Positions 58,390 to 64,000 of a stretch of DNA of 64,000 nt are shown here, piece by piece. Source of the stretch: the human T2T-CHM13v2.0 reference genome, Homo sapiens; assembly GCF_009914755.1 (NCBI RefSeq), contig NC_060932.1; one strand, given 5' to 3'. Position 1 is the stretch's first letter; each line of letters starts with the position of its first letter. The translations under genes and the position numbers were made by a program. The notes below the pieces were generated by a model. The model saw only the letters and a list, made by a program, of their open reading frames with translations. It had not been told where the DNA came from and did no database searches.

Positions 58390-61094
58390 AAATGACACAT
58401 TCTATAGAGTTACATATATCTTAGGCTTTACTGTACCTTTAAAATCCTAACATTTAGAAAGAACCCCCCAAAACTATTTCCATCCTGTTTCTTTTGTACC
58501 CTAAGCTTGGAATTATAAAACTTAAATTCTCTCTATTATGTATATAATTCCATAATCTCATGCAGGAGGGGTTGGGGGGAATCACAGATCACTCACTGTT
58601 GTACTTTTTCTACTATAATTAAGTCAACATTAGGAAACCTTCAGTATCCTTCAAACCACTTTTGTTTCTAAGATCTATTTGTTTTATACCTATTGCATTT
58701 TCAGATTTTCCACAGTCCTAGAAAAAGCCTCCCAATGAAAGTAAGTTGCTGGAATATTGGTTTTCATAAGATTTTGGATTTGAGGTATGGATCGGTTAAT
58801 TATAACAATGCTTAATTTTAGAAGAGTTTGTGCAAGAGTGAGATTTATGATTTTGAATAATCTCCTGTTTCTTTCATAGGATCATTCTAAATATCTATAG
58901 TTTACCTGTTAAAAATAAGTAATAAAGGTATGTATATATAGATTGATAAAGTAAATATGGAAATATATTAATTTTTTTATTCTAGACCATAAGTATGTAG
59001 ATTTTTATTTTACTATTCTATGTTCCTGGTTATTTCCAGTTTAAAAAAAAGAAAACCTCACTTTTAATTTTGAAGTAACAAAAGGAGGCAAGGTGGCATT
59101 AATAAAATCCCATTTGGAATGAACAAAGCAAAGAAATAAGTTGCAAGCATGGATAACTGAAACAGTCTGCAGGGAAAACGGCTGCCACTATCTAGCAAAT
59201 GTTGAACAGGACCTGAACTCTGGCTCCCTCTCACCACCCTCCACGTTGGTAGTGGGGAGGGTGAGGCAGGGAAAGAAGTGGCCGAATATGCTCTTCAAGA
59301 TCAGAGAGAAAGACTACCTCCAACTCCAAGGACAAAAGAATCCTCTGGGTTGGGGGGAAATGTTGCTAAGCTACTTGTTCCTGGGTTCACTTTTTTTAAT
59401 TGACTTGAACCTTCAGATTTCTTCCTAGGAGATTAATTACAGTGATGGCTACAGCAACATGCCACAAATGAGTCAAGAAGTGAAAAACCCTCTTATACCA
59501 TAAAATCAAAACCATGTGTAAGGATGTATGCAAGAGCTGAAGAACACTGCAGGGCTTTAAGCAATGAGCAAAATCTTCTCTAGCCCCACTGTACCCTTTA
59601 ACTTCAAAATTAATAAATTTGGTGAAGAAAGAGAAAAACTAATTGAAATTGTAAGGGAGGGAATAAAAGTAGTTGACTTTTTAAAAGTTCATCTAAATGT
59701 TAATATAGGATGCTTATTACTATAAAATAATCTAGAATGTGTGCCACTGGCAGTCACCAAGTTGAGACTGAACATGACAAAGGTAGCTGGAGGGGAGAGG
59801 AAGGGGTAGCAACCAAGACTCCAAATTTGGCATAGTGAAGGTTTGAGGTTTTGCAGTTCCACCAGCAGGGGGAAAAAACGGCTACAAAAAATGTTTTCTT
59901 TGGAACTGGCTGCTTTCTGCAGTGTCAGAAGATGTGTAGACTGGAAGTCAAATCATCTAAAAGAAATGTTAAGAACACTACCAATTACCTAAAGGCCTAA
60001 GCAATAAAAATAGCAATGCGTGAATGGTTTGAGAGCAGGGCAGAAGACTCAGGGTCTTATCAGAACTGGGATATAACACATTGTGAAAGGACAAGTGGAG
60101 CATCTAAATGGTACTGAATACCATTCCAGTAAATAAACACAGACAGTGAATATTCAGAAACAGGAGAGGTAGTATAAATCCAATACTCAGATCCATTCCT
60201 TCAACATGAGGCCCAGAAATATTCCAAGACTATAGTCATGATGAGAGCTGACTCCCATCTGGGACTCCAGCTCAAGACTGGTCTCTGAAGTCTGCACTTT
60301 CAATTAAACTATCACCAAAGAACTCAAATCACATGCACAACCAGGGTTAAGTAAATTTGTTTCTTAAGGGGTTTGGCATGGGTTGGAGGGTGGTGGAGGC
60401 AGGGGCATTTCCATCCTAGTTCATTGGTAACTTGCACCAAACTGAGCAATGCACGTGTTATATTGGTTTGTATGTATATTTAAGTAGTGAAAATGCTATG
60501 ATAATAACTATGAAAACATTTAGCTTTTTCAGCTGGTGGAGTATCTCTAAAATGACTCATTCTCCCAGTGAAACAAACCTACTTATATCAAGCTAGATCA
60601 TACAGAAACTGGATCATATAGAAAGCCAGGAAATTAAATATATGCAGACTTAGAGATCTAGATTTGCATGTTTCTATGAACTGATTACTTTTTATAAGTA
60701 TATTTTGTACCTTAGCTAGCAAAATTTGGCCTCTGTGTACACGCACATTTTCTATTCTTCACCAGAAGCAGCCAGTTTAAAAGTAAAAGCTCGTTCTTGT
60801 GAGAAACTCAAACTTACCTATGATTTTGACACAGACTTCCAACAGGGATGTATTCCCCAGAATCATGATCAATATATGCTTTATTAATACTTAATATATT
60901 GTTTATCAATGTTGATAAAATTGTACCTTTTCTCAAATTCCTATATATTTTAGAAGTATTACTTTAGTAATTCACTGGAATTAGAATGAATTTTAAAGTG
61001 TTTCAGGGAATCTTTCCAAAGCATGGAGAATTTATTAATAACCTGTTATGGGAAGCAAATATGAGCAAGAAAATGTCCACAGAGTAAGCAACTG

Positions 61095-61300
61095 GGAAAT
61101 TCAACTAGCAGCAGCTAATGGTCACCGCACACTTGCCATGTTCCAAGGGCTCGGCACACACCATCCAATTAATTCTCACGACAAAATTATAAACTAGATA
61201 ACTACTATTACTCCCATTTTAAAAGCAGGAAAACTGAGGTATAGAGATATGAAATAATCGGATCAACATTACACAACAATTAAGAGATGGAAGATTTTTA
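61095..61300 (-). mobile_element. MIR
   Basis: attactcccattttaaaagcaggaaaactgaggtatagaga. Confidence 0.75.
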
Positions 61301-61629
61301 AATCAGTGTGAACATCTGGACCAAATGACTAATAGAAATATGAATTTTATTGGTAGAACGGCTCTTGGGATCATATAGTCCAAACTTTTATTTTAAATAG
61401 GCAGGAAACATGGTAAAAAGGTGCCTTTAAGTTATCTCTCTTACACATATATATATACAGTTTGTGGCAGAGCTAGTCAAGAGTTGTTAGTGCTAACCTA
61501 GGTAGGGTATTATTTTACCAGTGACTTCAGGATATGAGTAGGAATAAAGGTCTTGGATTTTACGTATTCTAGGTCTCAACTGGGGGACTGAGTGTATCTT
61601 GATCTGCTAGATAGTACAACCTCGGTTAC

Positions 61630-62010
61630 CTGCTGCCACTCCACAATCTGTCCTCACATGGCTTGCAGGAGAGCTTCTTGGGGAAAAGGCACCCACAGTT
61701 AGCAGTGATGCACTCCATATTCCCATCCACCCAGAAACTTCATCAGCAGAAGTGTTCATCTCCTCTGGCCTGTCTTCCTCCATACCTAGAATCTCAAGGC
61801 TTCCAAGAAATTAAAAACAGATTCTCTTCTTAAAAGAGTTGGAAATCCTTCCTCTTGACCAAAAATCCTTCCCATCAACAGTTCAATGTCAAACAATGCC
61901 CTCTCCTTAGAGCCCACAGATATTCCTAGAAGGAATGCAACCAAGCCCCATCTAACGTTTCTATAACTAGGCAAGCAAAGCAATCTAGTGAATCTTGAAA
62001 AAGCCAATGA
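61630..62010 (+). mobile_element. L2-like relic
   Basis: Pyrimidine-rich sequence resembling internal L2. Confidence 0.4.
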
Positions 62011-62350
62011 TTTACACTATATAATAAAAGCAGACATTACTTCTCTGTTACATCAATTAAGACATTTTTAAAATAAGAGTTCAAATATACTGGACATAGT
62101 AAGAAATAAAGGGAAGAAATTTAATATTTTCTAGTTATAGGCATGTAACTATAAAAATGATTTGACATGACTTAATATGTGATTAAAATCCTATTAAAAG
62201 CCTAAAAAATCTACAAGTTATTACAATTCTATACTTTTGGTGTGAAATCACTGCCCTATGCCTTTGGAATATGTTTTCAAAACATTACTGGCTAAGAAAC
62301 GTAAGAACCACTTTATATACAGTGAATACCATATACTTAAGAGTTAGCAC

Positions 62351-62405
62351 CCCAGCCTGGGCAGCAGAGCGAGATCCTGTCTCTACCAAAGAAAATTTAA
62401 AATAA
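62351..62405 (+). mobile_element. Short Alu monomer-end fragment
   Basis: cccagcctgggcagcagagcgagatcctgtctctac followed by an A-rich stretch. Confidence 0.8.
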
Positions 62406-62679
62406 GCTAACTCAAGTCCCCATTTTCTTGAAATCCACAGTGCTCCTTCCCCTTTGAACCCCGAATGTATTTCCTATGTATATCATTATTTCAGCACTCT
62501 CTCGAGTTGTTTTTATGTTAGTATTTATATGATGCATTTGTTGAAAAAATTATTTATTGGATACCTGCAACAGACACTCTCCTGGGCACTGGTGATACAA
62601 TGTAAACAAGGCTCTCACCCTTTTGGATCTTATGTTCAGAAACTCTGGTGGAGATAAGAGAGCCTGTACTGGTGAGGGC

Positions 62680-63094
62680 ACACAGTGCTAGCTTCTTAGA
62701 GGGACAAACCTCAATGTCTCAGTGACTTGACACAAAACTTCCTTTCTTGCTCAAGCAGGGTCCAGTGGAGATTTGCAGCAGGAAGACTTTGACAAACTCA
62801 TTTAGGTACCCAAGCTCTTTTCACTGGTGGCCCCAACATCCTACAGAGGCTCAGAGAAAGGGCTAGATCCCCTGCACCAAGGTGGCAGACACACAAAGAG
62901 TGAGAGACTCTTCTACAGGAGGTTTACTGGGGCCAGGCCTGGAAGTAGTAAATATATCACTTCCACCCATATTCCATGAGTCAAAACTCAGGCCCACAGC
63001 CACCCCTAACTCCACGAGGGGTTGGGAAACATAGTCTAGCGACAGCCCCAAGAGGCAAAAGAAAAGGATTTTGATAGACAGTGTTCTCTGCCAC
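62680..63094 (-). mobile_element. MaLR LTR MLT1J/K-like
   Basis: tctcagtgacttgacaca...ggccaggcctggaagt...tcacttccacccatattccat...tctctgccaca. Confidence 0.75.
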
Positions 63095-63148
63095 AGGAAC
63101 AAAGAAAATTCTAGAGTGTTTAAGAAATAAGCAGTGGATACAACAGAG

Positions 63149-63287
63149 CAGAGCTAGATGTAGGGCACAATAAGTGAGGCGCCTAGCATGTAAAATGCAA
63201 GGAGGCACTGGTTCTCAGGCTGGCAAGCATACGCCTTCCATTTTGTGCCCTAAGGCCCCCTCTTGCCGCACCCTAGTCCTGGTCCTC
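63149..63287. mobile_element. hAT-Tip100 MITE (MER91-like)
   Basis: cagagctag...tagggc...gtgaggcgcctag...gcaccctagtcctggtcct. Confidence 0.6.
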
Positions 63288-63313
63288 ATAGTTTACTACA
63301 GAAAACGGAAAAG

Positions 63314-63635
63314 GGCTGGGCAGGGTGGCTCGTGCCTCTAATCCCAGCACTTTGGAAGGCTGGGGTGGGCAGATCGCTTGAGCTCAGGAGTTCAAGACAA
63401 GCCTGGGCAACAAAGCAAAACCCTGTCTCTAACAAAACAAAACAAAACAACGATTAGCCGGGTGTGGTGGTGCGTGCCTGTAGTCCCAGCTACTCAGGGG
63501 GCTGAGGTGGGAGGATCGCTTGAGCCCAGGAGGTCGAGGCTACAGTGAGCTGAGATCGCACCACTGCACTCCAGCCTGGGTGACAGAGCAAGACCTTGTA
63601 TCAAAAGAAAAAGAAAAGAAAACAGAAAATAAAAA
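63314..63635 (+). mobile_element. AluJ
   Basis: Full dimer, ggaggatcgcttgagcccaggaggtcgaggc, (AAAAC)n linker. Confidence 0.96.
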
Positions 63636-63649
63636 TGTGCTGCTTTAGA

Positions 63650-64000
63650 TACAGTTACTGTGAAAGGATCAAGCTAGTTGTGAAAAACACGAGTAAAGAG
63701 CTTTCTAGACAGAGTGAACAGCAAATGCAAAGGTAATGAGACAGGAGGAAGTCAAGAGTGTATGAGAGACAGAAAGAAGCCCAATAGGACTGAGATAATG
63801 AAAGGAGAGTTGGAGGAGGCAGAGGCAGACAGGTCACAGAGAGGCTTCCAGGCTAGGCGAGGAGTTTGTTTTATTTGAGGTGTAATAGAAATCCACTGAA
63901 GCATTTAAATGGGGGGGAGAATTGCTGATTTTCATTTTATAAGCAATTCTTGGCTGTCCTAAGGAGAATGGATCACAGAAAGATCAGTGGGAAGGCCATG
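63650..64000 (-). mobile_element. L2 relic
   Basis: aacagcaaatgcaaagg...atccactgaagcatttaa...tggctgt. Confidence 0.7.

Noticed and set aside
60812-60820. Strong minus-strand donor TAG|gtaagt
   Set aside because: No plausible acceptor within exon distance.

Overview
Primate (human-like) genomic DNA, AT-rich and dominated by interspersed repeats: about 18 Alu/FAM copies, primate L1PA 3' ends, old L1M/L2/MIR relics, MaLR and ERV1 solo LTRs, a near full-length Tigger1 and hAT MITEs. No supplied ORF is a credible gene; they are Alu, L1 or Tigger read-throughs or chance ORFs. The window looks like intron of a large minus-strand gene I cannot name. Three good minus-strand exon candidates lie in unique sequence (50970-51059, 20161-20262, 2888-3045). 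Two are closed in all frames, which suggests 5'UTR or lncRNA exons. The most notable observations are a perfect pyrimidine-tract-TAG|GTAAGT junction (candidate recursive or dual splice site), a possible spliced 51-aa uORF, several template-switch DNA-repair scars, and odd retrotransposon structures (two inverted L1s, a three-arm Alu, an antiparallel nested Alu, a FAM with a 3' extension). I found no convincing new biological system. Repeat subfamily calls are by eye from remembered consensus sequences, and boundaries of old repeats are approximate.
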